NCBI GenBank assembly: GCA_964357615.1
Contig: CAYHMC010000007.1
Span: 4,896 to 68,895 of the forward strand
Length of the DNA: 64,000 nt
Source: an uncultured Candidatus Saccharibacteria bacterium
GTDB taxonomy: Bacteria > Patescibacteriota > Minisyncoccia > UBA6257 > JACOXY01
Reading direction: 5' to 3'
The notes beneath the pieces are model-generated. The model was not told where the DNA came from. It ran no database searches and worked only from the letters and a program-made list of their open reading frames with translations. The translations under genes were made by a program, and so were the position numbers. Positions 1 through 10,413 of this stretch are shown one piece after another (the stretch's first letter is position 1; every line of letters starts with the position of its first letter).

Positions 1-1823
1 GTCATAGATATTCCAACAAATAATCCTGATGTTATTGCTCCAATAAGTAGTCCGCCTAATGCAAATTTTCCAAAAAACAAAGCGACAACCAAAACTACAA
101 CGATGGGCAATAGGGTTGGCACAATCATTTCCCGAAGAGCAGCCTTTGTTACTATATCAACTGCCTTTTTATAATCCGGTTTAGCAGTGCGATCCATTAT
201 TCCAGGAATTTCTCTAAATTGACGCCTTACTTCTTCTACTACTGCACCAGCTGCTCGCCCCACTGACTTCATGGCCATACCACCAAACAAATATGGAAGT
301 GCCGCTCCCAAAAACAAACCTACCAACACCATTGGATCTCCGAGGTTAAAGCTAATCAATCCTTCTCCAGATTCTTTTGACAAAACTTCAACATAATCAG
401 AGAAAAGTATGAGAGCAGCTAGACCAGCAGATGCAATTGCGTAACCCTTTGTAACTGCTTTTGTAGTATTTCCAACAGCATCAAGCGCATCAGTAATTTT
501 ACGAATCTCATCAGGCGAACCAGACATCTCTGCAATTCCACCAGCGTTGTCAGTAATTGGCCCGAAGGAATCTATGGCTAAAATTATTCCAGCAACAGAA
601 AGCATAGCAACTGCAGCCAACGCGACGCCAGGCAAAAGGGCAATTGAATAACTTCCTAAAATTGCTGCTGCGATGATAACGATAGGCAATGCCGTACCTT
701 CCATACCAACAGACAAACCAACAATTATATTTGTTCCGTGCCCAGATTTAGATGCCTCCGCGATTGATTGAACTGGGCGGTATTTTTTTGATGTATAGTA
801 ATCGGTGGTTAAAACCATTAATATTGTTACCCCGAGTCCAATCAAGGTTGAAATAAATGCATCTGAAGAACTTACACCAGCTGGCAAAAGCTCTTCGAAA
901 TATTTAGTTGCAAAATAAAATAATACAGCAGATATTCCGATAGTTACGCTTAGCCCACGATAAAGAGCTCCCATTATCGAACCTGATTTTGGCAATGATA
1001 CAAACATACTTCCCACAAGAGATGCTAATATTCCTAAACCTCCTAATATCAATGGCAACACTCCTGCCTCAAGACTAGTGCTTAAAATAATTATAATAAT
1101 CGCGGCGGCGAGCGTTACAGCATAAGTTTCAAAAAGATCAGCGGCCATTCCATTAACATCGCCAACATTATCACCAACATTGTCAGCTATAACTGCTGGA
1201 TTCCTAGGGTCGTCTTCTGGTATTCCGGCTTCAACTTTTCCAACTAAATCAGCTCCCACATCTGCAGCCTTAGTAAATATTCCACCTCCTAATCTAGCGA
1301 ATACAGAAATTAAACTCGCACCAAAACCCAAGCCAATTAATCCAGAACGAAGCATTTCTGGATTACCTATTTGTAATCCCCAATAATAAAAAGCTGATAC
1401 AACGAGTAACCCCAAGGCAACAACTAAAAATCCAGTAACGGCTCCCGCTTTAAATGCAAGAGAAAGCGCACTACCAAGTCCATCTTTGGCAGCCGCGGTA
1501 GTCTTAGAGTTAGACCTAACGGCTATCATCATTCCGATGCAACCAGATGCGGCTGAGGCTATGGCTCCAACAAGAAATCCAACAACAGTAACCATTCCGA
1601 GCGAACCCAAAAACAACCAAAGTAAAATCGCCAAAATAACGGCTATTATAGCAACGGTGCTATATTGTCGTTTCAAAAAAGCAGAGGCACCATCTTGAAT
1701 TGCTTTTGAAATTTCTATTTGTTCCTCATTTCCTGATGGCTTATTTTTTAACCAGTTAATAATATATAAACTATATCCAATTGCTAGGGCGATTGGTAAA
1801 AATATTAATAATTGTATTTGCAT
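1..1823 (-). CDS. hppA: Membrane-bound proton/sodium-translocating pyrophosphatase, partial (N-terminus at 1823, C-terminus beyond window start)
   Basis: Minus-strand frame is open from 1823 (ATG) to the window edge. My translation starts [17 protein letters not shown] and contains [11 protein letters not shown], the H+-PPase signature, plus many transmembrane helices. The ORF track lists only small plus-strand ORFs here, which I treat as spurious. Confidence 0.88.
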   Translation of the reverse strand, partial: MQIQLLIFLPIALAIGYSLYIINWLKNKPSGNEEQIEISKAIQDGASAFLKRQYSTVAIIAVILAILLWLFLGSLGMVTVVGFLVGAIASAASGCIGMMIAVRSNSKTTAAAKDGLGSALSLAFKAGAVTGFLVVALGLLVVSAFYYWGLQIGNPEMLRSGLIGLGFGASLISVFARLGGGIFTKAADVGADLVGKVEAGIPEDDPRNPAVIADNVGDNVGDVNGMAADLFETYAVTLAAAIIIIILSTSLEAGVLPLILGGLGILASLVGSMFVSLPKSGSIMGALYRGLSVTIGISAVLFYFATKYFEELLPAGVSSSDAFISTLIGLGVTILMVLTTDYYTSKKYRPVQSIAEASKSGHGTNIIVGLSVGMEGTALPIVIIAAAILGSYSIALLPGVALAAVAMLSVAGIILAIDSFGPITDNAGGIAEMSGSPDEIRKITDALDAVGNTTKAVTKGYAIASAGLAALILFSDYVEVLSKESGEGLISFNLGDPMVLVGLFLGAALPYLFGGMAMKSVGRAAGAVVEEVRRQFREIPGIMDRTAKPDYKKAVDIVTKAALREMIVPTLLPIVVVLVVALFFGKFALGGLLIGAITSGLFVGISM

Positions 1824-1884
1824 AAAATTTAATTATTGATTTATAATAAACAACTCAAAAAATCTTTATTGTTTCTAAATAATT

Positions 1885-3147
1885 TTATTTATCTTCTTTA
1901 ACTTCAGGTGTGTCTATTTTAACTTCTGGTGTATCAGTTTTTATAGCTTCATCTTCAGTGGAAGCTACAGCCACTCCTTCAGCTTGCACTTCTTCTGGTC
2001 GAGATTGCGACCTAACATCTATTTTCCATCCTGTAAGTTTGGCGGCGAGTCTTACATTTTGACCACCACGACCAATCGCGAGAGAAAGTTGGTCTTCTGG
2101 GACAAAAACTCTAATTTCTCTCCTTGGAGAAATTTCGGTATAAGTTACTTTTGCTGGTGATAAAGAATTTGCAACAAATTTTTCTGGTTCTTCTTGCCAT
2201 TCAATAATATCTATTTTTTCATTTCCAAGTTCATTATTCACTGCCATTACTCTTGTTCCTCTCTGACCCACACAAGAACCAACTGGGTCAATATTTTCTT
2301 CAGTTGAGCTAACCGCTATTTTTGTTCGGCTTCCTGGTTCACGAGCTATGGCTTTAATTTGCACAATTCCATCCGAAATTTCTGGAACTTCCATTTCAAA
2401 TAATTTTCCAACAAATTGAGGATGCGCTCTAGATAAAATTATTGATGGTAGACGAGGTTCATTTTGCACAGCAACAACATAAAAACGAAGTCTTTCTCCA
2501 GACTTATAATGTTCTCCTGGGATAGTTTCGTTACCAAACATAACTCCGATTGCTCTTCCTAAATCAATATAAACATTTCCGCGCTCAAATCTTTGTACAA
2601 CTCCCGATGCAATTTCACCTTCTTTGTTTTCAAATTCAGAAAGAATTGCGTTCTTTTCTGCCTCGCGCAATTGTTGCAAAATAACCTGCTTCGCTGTTTG
2701 AGCAGCAATACGACCAAAATCATCATGAACCTCCAAGTCAAAAGTAAGCTCATCTCCAAGCTTAATATCTTTACCCATAGTTTCCTTTGCTTCGTCCATC
2801 ATAATGTGACGATCTGGATTATATCTTGGGAGTAAATCTTCTTCTGAATCTTCTATGATTGCTCTCTTGCTTGGAGTAGACTCTCTAGATTTATCATCAA
2901 TATCCTCTGGTTCTTCTTCTACGATACGAACAGTGCTTAAATCTACAACGGTTTTTACCTGCCAAAACTTAAGCTCTCCAGTCTCTGTGTTGAATTTTGC
3001 TTTAATAATTTCTCCACGCTTTCGATATTCTTTCTTATATGCAGCCGCAAAAGACGCCTCAATTGCACTAAGGATTACATCTGGCTCAAGTCCCTTTTCC
3101 GAAGCAATTTGAGAAATTGCGCGCGAAATATCTTTTAAGTTAAACAT
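1885..3147 (-). CDS. nusA: Transcription termination/antitermination factor NusA
   Basis: 420 aa. N-terminal MFNLKDISRAISQIASEKGLEPDVILSAIEASFAAAYKK matches the NusA N-domain. S1-like and KH-like central regions are present (GRGGQNVRLAAKLTGWKIDV). Confidence 0.9.
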   Translation of the reverse strand: MFNLKDISRAISQIASEKGLEPDVILSAIEASFAAAYKKEYRKRGEIIKAKFNTETGELKFWQVKTVVDLSTVRIVEEEPEDIDDKSRESTPSKRAIIEDSEEDLLPRYNPDRHIMMDEAKETMGKDIKLGDELTFDLEVHDDFGRIAAQTAKQVILQQLREAEKNAILSEFENKEGEIASGVVQRFERGNVYIDLGRAIGVMFGNETIPGEHYKSGERLRFYVVAVQNEPRLPSIILSRAHPQFVGKLFEMEVPEISDGIVQIKAIAREPGSRTKIAVSSTEENIDPVGSCVGQRGTRVMAVNNELGNEKIDIIEWQEEPEKFVANSLSPAKVTYTEISPRREIRVFVPEDQLSLAIGRGGQNVRLAAKLTGWKIDVRSQSRPEEVQAEGVAVASTEDEAIKTDTPEVKIDTPEVKEDK

Positions 3148-3352
3148 TTTTTATTTTAATTAATATTATATAAAAGCCCGCGCATCGGCGGACTTTCAAT
3201 CATCTTGTTAGATTCCACAATTTTACTCGCAATACAAAGACATCTAACAAAGTCAATATATTAACAATAACATAAGCAAATCTTAAGTCAAATCAGTTCC
3301 CAAATAAGAAAATTTATATTGCTACTAAGTTCTCTTGTCTTTTTTATTTAAT

Positions 3353-5431
3353 TTAGTGCCCCTCAATAATTGTCCCCACTTGAACAGTAACTTGTTTGAT
3401 TCTAACTACATCAGTACCAGCTTGGCTATTTTTGCATGAAAGGGTATAGGTTGTTGAATCTTCTGGATAAACATCATAAGTACCAGTGCATGTTCCCGCG
3501 CAGGGAGCGTCCGTAGAAATACCATGATCAATTGTATAATAATTAGAATTATCACATCTCCAAGTTAATTGAGATATCTGTTCAGACTTAACAAGGCTTG
3601 GATTAGCTGAAAAAGAAGCTATTGGTATATTAATTACACGAACATATTCTGAATCTCCGATATTAGTAACACCATCAGGGGTACACTGGATTATATATCT
3701 TAATAACCTAGTTAGTGGGCCACCAGTTGCAATGGTTGGAGTATTGAAAGTACGACTTCCGCTTACATTACCTGGGACGGCATTGGTATTAAGAATTGAA
3801 AAATTATTCCCATCTGTATCGCTGTCCCACCAATTAGTTCTATCACTATCTTCTGGTGGTTCTGGCAATGCTCTTTGTGCCTGACAACTAATCAAAGCGC
3901 TACCAACCCAATCAATAGTAATTGGATCTCCTTCATCTTTAATTAGAGGGTTACCGACTGGATTATCAGCATTATCAATTTCTAAATCAATTAGAGGTGT
4001 TGGGGTTGGGACGATTGGGGTTGGAGTGGGGACTACTGGGGTTGGAGTTGGCGTGGAAGGTAGCGCACCGCCTGAAGTTGTAAAGTACAAATGGCTATTT
4101 GTTCTTGCATAACGTGGGCTTCCATCACCTTCGTCCGTCGTTGATTTTAAATGTAATTTCCATCTATATGTTCTGTTTGGCTCCAAGTAAATAGTTCGTT
4201 GACTTGCACCAGAAGGAATAGACCAATCATTTTGCTTATTGGGTATACTTTTCTCCGTAGTTGCTCCATGCTGAAAATCAACAACTAAATCTTCACAATC
4301 ATTGGCATAGGTGCTTCTATCACCACACCTAGTAGCACCATCCATTCTTTCTGTATCAATTAATTCGATTCTATAATTTTCTTGTGTGCCACCTCCATCA
4401 GTATCAGCAAATGACCATTTTATAGTAACCGGCATTAGACCACCCACAAGTGGATCTGTGAGATTCGCATTATTCAATGGTTGCTGTATGCTCAGGGTTG
4501 GCTGATCTAAAGTAGCCGGCGGTGGTGTACCATCCATCATTTCATACTGTACTTCATTCGACTTAACTCCATTTACAACAACATAAGCTTTATAAAAGCC
4601 ATTTAGCGTACCGGCAGGAAAACCACGGACATTGGCCATATCATCTATATCTGGAAATGGTCCAGTAGTATCATTGCCAGAACCATCAGTAAAATTGCCA
4701 TAAGATCCATGGTCAAAGTGATTTCCCGACGGTGTAAGTGTGTGAAAACTAATTTCTAAATTTGGGGGTGCGTTTATTGTTTTTACCCATAAAGTTTGCT
4801 GAACTCCAACTGTATACTTTAGTTGTCCACTCGGAGAACTTATATACGCACTGGCTGGCGGTGGCGTTCTATCGTTAGAAACTGCCATAGTAAGTGTTGC
4901 CCTCAATACAGTGTATTTTACATTATTAGATTGCTTTCCATCTATTACAACATAAGCAGTATAAACACCCGCTGGCCAATTTGCGTCAATGCCATTGGAT
5001 GATCCATTAATATTTGGAAATGGGCCAGTAACATCAGCGCCAGCACCATTAGTTGTTTGACCATATGTTCCATGATTAAAATGGGAACCTCCCGGTGTGA
5101 TTGTATGAAACTCAACGCCCTTATTTGCGGCTGCGCCTACTGTAGTTAGCCAAATTGTATTTAAGGCTCCGGCAGTGACTTTAACTTGACCACCGGGAGA
5201 GGATACATATGAACTGGCTGCTGGAGCGGTTGCGTTATTGGACCTTGCAATAGTAAGAACTGGATCACCGGGTGCAGCAGCCGTTTTATTTAATGGAAAA
5301 ATTACCAAAATTAATAATCCAAGTGCTGTAGTAGCAATAATAGGTAAAAACGAGAAGTGAATTTTATTTATAAAATTTTTTTTCATATCATTTCCAATAA
5401 ATAATTGTTTTGATTTCAGGGGTAAAATCAC
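3353..5431 (-). CDS. Large secreted repeat-containing surface protein, paralog A. Likely true start is the ATG at 5386 (MKKNFINK...); the track start is a GTG.
   Basis: N-terminal signal/TM segment, then two tandem ~110-aa repeats (APAASSYVSSPGGQ... and PPPASAYISSPSGQ...). An FN3-like region (RTYRWKLHLKS) follows, then a PTPTP linker and a ~230-aa C-terminal domain. That domain is nucleotide-identical to the C-terminus of the 5911..8127 protein. Confidence 0.6.
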   Translation of the reverse strand: MILPLKSKQLFIGNDMKKNFINKIHFSFLPIIATTALGLLILVIFPLNKTAAAPGDPVLTIARSNNATAPAASSYVSSPGGQVKVTAGALNTIWLTTVGAAANKGVEFHTITPGGSHFNHGTYGQTTNGAGADVTGPFPNINGSSNGIDANWPAGVYTAYVVIDGKQSNNVKYTVLRATLTMAVSNDRTPPPASAYISSPSGQLKYTVGVQQTLWVKTINAPPNLEISFHTLTPSGNHFDHGSYGNFTDGSGNDTTGPFPDIDDMANVRGFPAGTLNGFYKAYVVVNGVKSNEVQYEMMDGTPPPATLDQPTLSIQQPLNNANLTDPLVGGLMPVTIKWSFADTDGGGTQENYRIELIDTERMDGATRCGDRSTYANDCEDLVVDFQHGATTEKSIPNKQNDWSIPSGASQRTIYLEPNRTYRWKLHLKSTTDEGDGSPRYARTNSHLYFTTSGGALPSTPTPTPVVPTPTPIVPTPTPLIDLEIDNADNPVGNPLIKDEGDPITIDWVGSALISCQAQRALPEPPEDSDRTNWWDSDTDGNNFSILNTNAVPGNVSGSRTFNTPTIATGGPLTRLLRYIIQCTPDGVTNIGDSEYVRVINIPIASFSANPSLVKSEQISQLTWRCDNSNYYTIDHGISTDAPCAGTCTGTYDVYPEDSTTYTLSCKNSQAGTDVVRIKQVTVQVGTIIEGH
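3359..4048. repeat. Approx. 690 bp direct repeat, copy 1, identical to 5917-6590. Encodes the shared C-terminal domain of the two large surface proteins.
   Basis: Direct comparison of the two stretches. They are identical from ...cctcaataattgtccccacttgaacagtaacttg... through ...ggggttgggacgattggggttggagtgggga. The boundary is estimated by eye. Confidence 0.8.
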
Positions 5432-5855
5432 TTAAAGAGCTTTTCTGTGAATATAATTCCAAAACAACTCCTTCGCCAATTTCTGAAATATTCCCTATCT
5501 CTAATTTATTATAATTTGGAGATTGTTCCTGATCTTTTCCTATCAATCTATAAACTTTCAAATCATCTTTAGCTAGTATTTTAAAGTTATTGTAATATCC
5601 ATCACTATCTTCGATTGTCAGTTTTATCAATCCATCTTTAGATTCCCATGATTCCAACTGACCTCTTGTCAAAAAAAATCCAAATTCTTGAGGGGGTTTG
5701 CTTAGAACAACTCCATCATTAAAACCCATATTAATTCCCGGCACACCTTTTTTAACTGCAAATAAAACTAGAGTTCCAACAACAACAATTATAAAAAGAA
5801 TGATTAGCCAAAGGTAAAAGTGGCTCGGCTTAGTAGCTCCAGAATTATTATTCAT
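5388..5855 (-). CDS. Small N-terminally membrane-anchored protein, paralog A of the 8131..8583 protein
   Basis: 155 aa. N-terminal MNNNSGATKPSHFYLWLIILFIIVVVGTLVLFAV is a TM segment and the C-terminus ends TIIYWK. It sits immediately upstream of large surface-protein gene A, with stop and start 1 nt apart. It is about 40 percent identical to the 8131..8583 product. Confidence 0.5.
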   Translation of the reverse strand: MNNNSGATKPSHFYLWLIILFIIVVVGTLVLFAVKKGVPGINMGFNDGVVLSKPPQEFGFFLTRGQLESWESKDGLIKLTIEDSDGYYNNFKILAKDDLKVYRLIGKDQEQSPNYNKLEIGNISEIGEGVVLELYSQKSSLSDFTPEIKTIIYWK

Positions 5856-5910
5856 ATTTTTAAATTATACTATATAGATATATTATAAAGTAGCTAAACT
5901 ATAAGTCAAT

Positions 5911-8127
5911 TTATTGTCCCTCAATAATTGTCCCCACTTGAACAGTAACTTGTTTGATTCTAACTACATCAGTACCAGCTTGGCTATTTTTGCATGAAAG
6001 GGTATAGGTTGTTGAATCTTCTGGATAAACATCATAAGTACCAGTGCATGTTCCCGCGCAGGGAGCGTCCGTAGAAATACCATGATCAATTGTATAATAA
6101 TTAGAATTATCACATCTCCAAGTTAATTGAGATATCTGTTCAGACTTAACAAGGCTTGGATTAGCTGAAAAAGAAGCTATTGGTATATTAATTACACGAA
6201 CATATTCTGAATCTCCGATATTAGTAACACCATCAGGGGTACACTGGATTATATATCTTAATAACCTAGTTAGTGGGCCACCAGTTGCAATGGTTGGAGT
6301 ATTGAAAGTACGACTTCCGCTTACATTACCTGGGACGGCATTGGTATTAAGAATTGAAAAATTATTCCCATCTGTATCGCTGTCCCACCAATTAGTTCTA
6401 TCACTATCTTCTGGTGGTTCTGGCAATGCTCTTTGTGCCTGACAACTAATCAAAGCGCTACCAACCCAATCAATAGTAATTGGATCTCCTTCATCTTTAA
6501 TTAGAGGGTTACCGACTGGATTATCAGCATTATCAATTTCTAAATCAATTAGAGGTGTTGGGGTTGGGACGATTGGGGTTGGAGTGGGGATGAGAGGCGA
6601 ACTTCCTGTGCTGAAAATTGCGCTAGTAGACCACCTGGTTCTATTTCCATTCGACGACCTCGCTTGAACACGCCATCTATAATTTTTATTTCTTTCAAGT
6701 GAAACTGTGCGAGAAGTTACCCCGCTACTTACATTTTCATTATTATAATTATCTAAACCACTAGTAGCGGTTGCGGGAAACCCATTTGTTCTAAAATCTG
6801 ATACCTTTTCCATACAATCCACATCATAATTCGTAGCTGAATTATCGCGACATAAATCAGCGCTAGGCAAATTAGAATCTAACTGATCTTGGTCTTGAAT
6901 TTGAATGCGGTATCTATTTTGAGAACCAGACCCGCCGAATGCAAAATTTGGTGGGTCGCTAAAAGTCCAATCTAGAGTCACTCTCATCCGACCATAAGCA
7001 TCCAAAGGCCCAGAAACTGGATCCGGTGGACCAACTATATTTACAATTGGGGGAGGTGGAAGTGTTGGAAGTGGTGCGAAGGGTGACGGTGATGCGCCAG
7101 CGCCACTAAGTGAAAATCGCCATCTTATTGTAAGAGCTTGATTAGCAATAATAGGTAATGTTACTAAATTGCTACTAGTATACGGTCCCGCTGTACAAAC
7201 TGGACCAGAGATTGGTCCATAACAATATTTATAACCATCTAATGTGTGACTACTGGGTATAGCCGAACTCGGTATTGATACCGTTACATTGGTTCCGTTA
7301 GCAATTCCAGCTCTCTCGTAAAAATATCCATTTCCTGAATCTGTAGGATATGAAACTGGAGAACCAGCGCCAACTGCTATATTGACTGATGTTTCAACTC
7401 CATCAAAAGTAATTGCTTCCATTGTCCATCCTATTACCGAACCAGTTCCTGGAGCTATAGTTGGTGTTGGAGATATTGGAGTTGGAGTAGAAGCGGGAAG
7501 TGGCGCATCAACACAAACATGGGCAGCTCTTCTAATTTCCCCGGCTCCATCACCAGAAAAACCAACAGACGATAAAACTGCTCTTAGGGCAATGCATTCA
7601 ACATAAGTCTCTGCGTCTTCATCTGGATCGACACCGCAACTTCCGTTGCATGTCATATTATTAATACTCGTTGCACTATTTAAGGGATTGAAACATTTTG
7701 CTGTAGCGAGATTAACACCACTGCCATCTGTCTTGAATCCAATACCTTTTAGTAACCAACCTAAAGGACAAACTGCCCAGTCTTCCATGTTGTCTGGTGG
7801 AGTTGAGTCATTATAACTGATATTGCAATCTGTGAAACTAGAACCACCACAGAACTGAATGCTAGTCTGAGTGCTTGGCAATCTATAACAACTTGCTCCT
7901 ATTCTCGTTACGGTATTGCCATCACCGGCAATGCCAACAGCTCTTAAGTATTCTCCTGAGGCACAACTAACCCAGCGCTCTGAAACCGATGAACTCTCAA
8001 AACAATCATCTGATCTGGTGCCCCAACAATGCACAGCTCCAGAAGAAGTAAAACTAGCTAGCGCAACATTAAAAACTAATAATATTAAAATTGGGGAAAC
8101 TAAAAATAAATATTTTTTGTAATTCAT
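5911..8127 (-). CDS. Large secreted repeat-containing surface protein, paralog B
   Basis: 738 aa with a signal peptide. Three Cys-bounded repeats (C..GEYLRAVGIAGDGNTVTRIGASC, C.LGWLLKGIGFKTDGSGVNLATAKC, C.ALRAVLSSVGFSGDGAGEIRRAAHVC). An FN3-like region (NYRWRVQARSS) precedes a PTPTP linker and the C-terminal ~230 aa, which is identical to paralog A. Confidence 0.6.
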   Translation of the reverse strand: MNYKKYLFLVSPILILLVFNVALASFTSSGAVHCWGTRSDDCFESSSVSERWVSCASGEYLRAVGIAGDGNTVTRIGASCYRLPSTQTSIQFCGGSSFTDCNISYNDSTPPDNMEDWAVCPLGWLLKGIGFKTDGSGVNLATAKCFNPLNSATSINNMTCNGSCGVDPDEDAETYVECIALRAVLSSVGFSGDGAGEIRRAAHVCVDAPLPASTPTPISPTPTIAPGTGSVIGWTMEAITFDGVETSVNIAVGAGSPVSYPTDSGNGYFYERAGIANGTNVTVSIPSSAIPSSHTLDGYKYCYGPISGPVCTAGPYTSSNLVTLPIIANQALTIRWRFSLSGAGASPSPFAPLPTLPPPPIVNIVGPPDPVSGPLDAYGRMRVTLDWTFSDPPNFAFGGSGSQNRYRIQIQDQDQLDSNLPSADLCRDNSATNYDVDCMEKVSDFRTNGFPATATSGLDNYNNENVSSGVTSRTVSLERNKNYRWRVQARSSNGNRTRWSTSAIFSTGSSPLIPTPTPIVPTPTPLIDLEIDNADNPVGNPLIKDEGDPITIDWVGSALISCQAQRALPEPPEDSDRTNWWDSDTDGNNFSILNTNAVPGNVSGSRTFNTPTIATGGPLTRLLRYIIQCTPDGVTNIGDSEYVRVINIPIASFSANPSLVKSEQISQLTWRCDNSNYYTIDHGISTDAPCAGTCTGTYDVYPEDSTTYTLSCKNSQAGTDVVRIKQVTVQVGTIIEGQ
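5917..6590. repeat. Approx. 690 bp direct repeat, copy 2, identical to 3359-4048
   Basis: See copy 1. Confidence 0.8.
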
Positions 8128-8130
8128 AAT

Positions 8131-8583
8131 TTAATCCCAATAAATAATTGTTGTGACTCTCGCTTCTAAGTTTTCATATAAATTATCTAGGTACAATTCA
8201 ATATACATTGCCTTTTTAATTTCACTTATTGATCCTACTTCAAATTTTCGATTTCCATCTACTCGCTCTTCATCATTACTTATATCTTTAAAATATTTTG
8301 TCTCATCGGATATATTTACAAAATATTTTTTAACTTTATTTTCATCAGATTCATCTTGAATTCCAACTGCCACGCGACCATATTTAGATTCTAAGGAATC
8401 TATTTGTCCCTTATCAATTAAAATTCCATATACAGAATCTTTATTTTGATTTCCGTTATTAATGTTAGGAACACCTTTTAAAACTGCTAGATAAACCAAA
8501 GTTCCAATAAAGACAACCAAAGAAAGAACTAAAATCCAAAGGTGGAAGTGACTCGACTTACCTGCTCCAGAGTTATTGTGCAT
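8131..8583 (-). CDS. Small N-terminally membrane-anchored protein, paralog B
   Basis: 150 aa. MHNNSGAGKSSHFHLWILVLSLVVFIGTLVYLAV is a TM segment and the C-terminus ends TTIIYWD. The stop lies 3 nt from the start of the downstream large surface-protein gene B. Confidence 0.5.
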   Translation of the reverse strand: MHNNSGAGKSSHFHLWILVLSLVVFIGTLVYLAVLKGVPNINNGNQNKDSVYGILIDKGQIDSLESKYGRVAVGIQDESDENKVKKYFVNISDETKYFKDISNDEERVDGNRKFEVGSISEIKKAMYIELYLDNLYENLEARVTTIIYWD

Positions 8584-9373
8584 AATATTATATTTTATAA
8601 AATATTTAATTTATTTATAAAATACTTTGTTACTTAAAAGTATAACACATTGGGGAATTATTCTATACTTTTTATTGTGAATATCTTTGTTAGAAAAAAC
8701 ATTAAATGATTGGGGCTGGGAATTCTATGAATAAAATATTAAATATAAATATCGCGCTTATGGCATACAAAAAAACTAATGTGCCTGTGGATAACTTGTT
8801 GATTTTGTATTGTATATCGATAAACATTGGTTCTTTTACCCCATAATAAAAACCAAATAAGTATATAGTTTTGTCTCGGTTATGACTTTTTTAAGCAAAA
8901 CAATAGATAAGTGCTAAGCTAATGCGAGAACTAGAGAACAAGCTTAATGGGAATTAAATAGAACATTGAAATTAAAATAAATAAATTAAAATAAATATTT
9001 TTAGTTAGTATCATTTGAAGTATAAAAATTATAAAAAATAAAGCCAAGTAAATTGTTTAAATTAAAAAAGTGTATTCAAAGCACATTCTCGCTCTAAAAA
9101 GCAAAATTTTAACCGAGATGCCCAGATTAAATATCGCAATTAAATTAAAGCTTAACTATTGAATTAATACGCCCGACAAATGTCTTAAACAAATAATTAT
9201 CGGAACAAAATATATTCAAAAGTAATAAACAAGTTCTTAAGGATTTTGAATTTTACCAAAAAAATAAATTGGGAATTGGGACTTTGCCTACTAAATAAAT
9301 ATCTGACTCAATTAGCTATGCATAATAAAATTCAAAAAAAATATATAATTTTCAATTTTGAAAATTAACATTT

Positions 9374-10413
9374 TGTTTATCAATAAACAATTTAGAAAAA
9401 ATATTCTATATAAAAATCTCGTAAATCTCCATAAAGTGTTTACCGATAAACATTTCTTTTTAAAAAATACTTAACAACGAACAACAACGCCGAAGCGTAG
9501 GCGCAAAAAATTATTAAAAACATCTTAATATTTTTGTAGATCAAACTAATTTAATATCCTAAATTTTAATCGAAGAACATTTTATTCAACTTAATAAAAG
9601 GTTTAACGATAAACAAAAAAGATTGGGGAGTCGACTTTGCAATATAAAAATATTCATCAACAAATGTTTGGCGATAAACAATTTTAGAAATATGAACAAA
9701 TAACTTTTTTGTGATTGACTGCCAATAACAAATTATAAAAATAGAACTTAAAAAATCATTTAAGCGATTGTTTAGAGTGATTAAGAAATTTATTTTTAAT
9801 CATGCAAATCTTAAAATAATAACTGCAATATTTTTTAATGAATGTTTATCGATAAACAATCAATTCTATTTCGTAAAATGTTTACCGATAAACATTTTAT
9901 TTTATTTAGCAGAATGTTTAACGACAAACAATTTTATTTTTTGAGAAAAATGTTTATCGTTAAACAAAATATTGACTGTTAAATTGAGAGGTTTAAATTT
10001 TTATATAAATTGTTTACTAATAAATATTTTATATAAGTGGAAATTAAATATTGATTAAATGATTATTGTTCTATAAAAAATATTTTTAATTACTGCTCTC
10101 CAGTTATATTAAAATAATTAGGCAATTAAAATAATTAGGCAATCAGGCAATTGCCTAATTTTACTATCGGCAACTAGTAATTTGTCGAAAATGTTTAGCG
10201 ATAAACATTTTTAAAATTCTATATCTAATATTAATTTCCAAAAACTTAATAAAATGTTTATCGACAAACATTTTATTTTATTTAGCAGAATGTTTAACGA
10301 CAAACAAATATATATTTAATTGAAAATAAAAAAAATTAATGTGAATGTTTATCGGTAAACATTTTTAATAATTTTGAATGAATTATTTATTTACGAGTGT
10401 TTGACGATAAACA
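9374..10413. repeat. Array of about 13 copies of a 16-bp perfect or near-perfect palindrome, TGTTTAnCGAnAAACA, often extended to a 20-22 bp palindrome AAATGTTTA.CGA.AAACATTT. A further degenerate copy lies near 10764.
   Basis: Hand-located copies begin at roughly 9374, 9427, 9600, 9665, 9843 (perfect TGTTTATCGATAAACA), 9879, 9915, 9951, 10192, 10255, 10291, 10346 and 10398. Spacing is irregular (33-240 bp). All lie in a gene-free AT-rich region. Confidence 0.85.

Noticed and set aside
1180-1698. Plus-strand small ORFs 1180..1386 and 1486..1698
   Set aside because: They lie antisense within the continuous minus-strand pyrophosphatase reading frame, whose product carries the DNVGDNVGD signature. 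They are spurious.
9374-10413. Possible CRISPR array, given the many short repeats in a non-coding stretch
   Set aside because: The repeats are only 16-20 bp and each is itself a perfect palindrome. Spacing is irregular (33-240 bp) rather than uniform spacers, and no cas genes are nearby. The pattern fits protein-binding sites, not CRISPR repeats.
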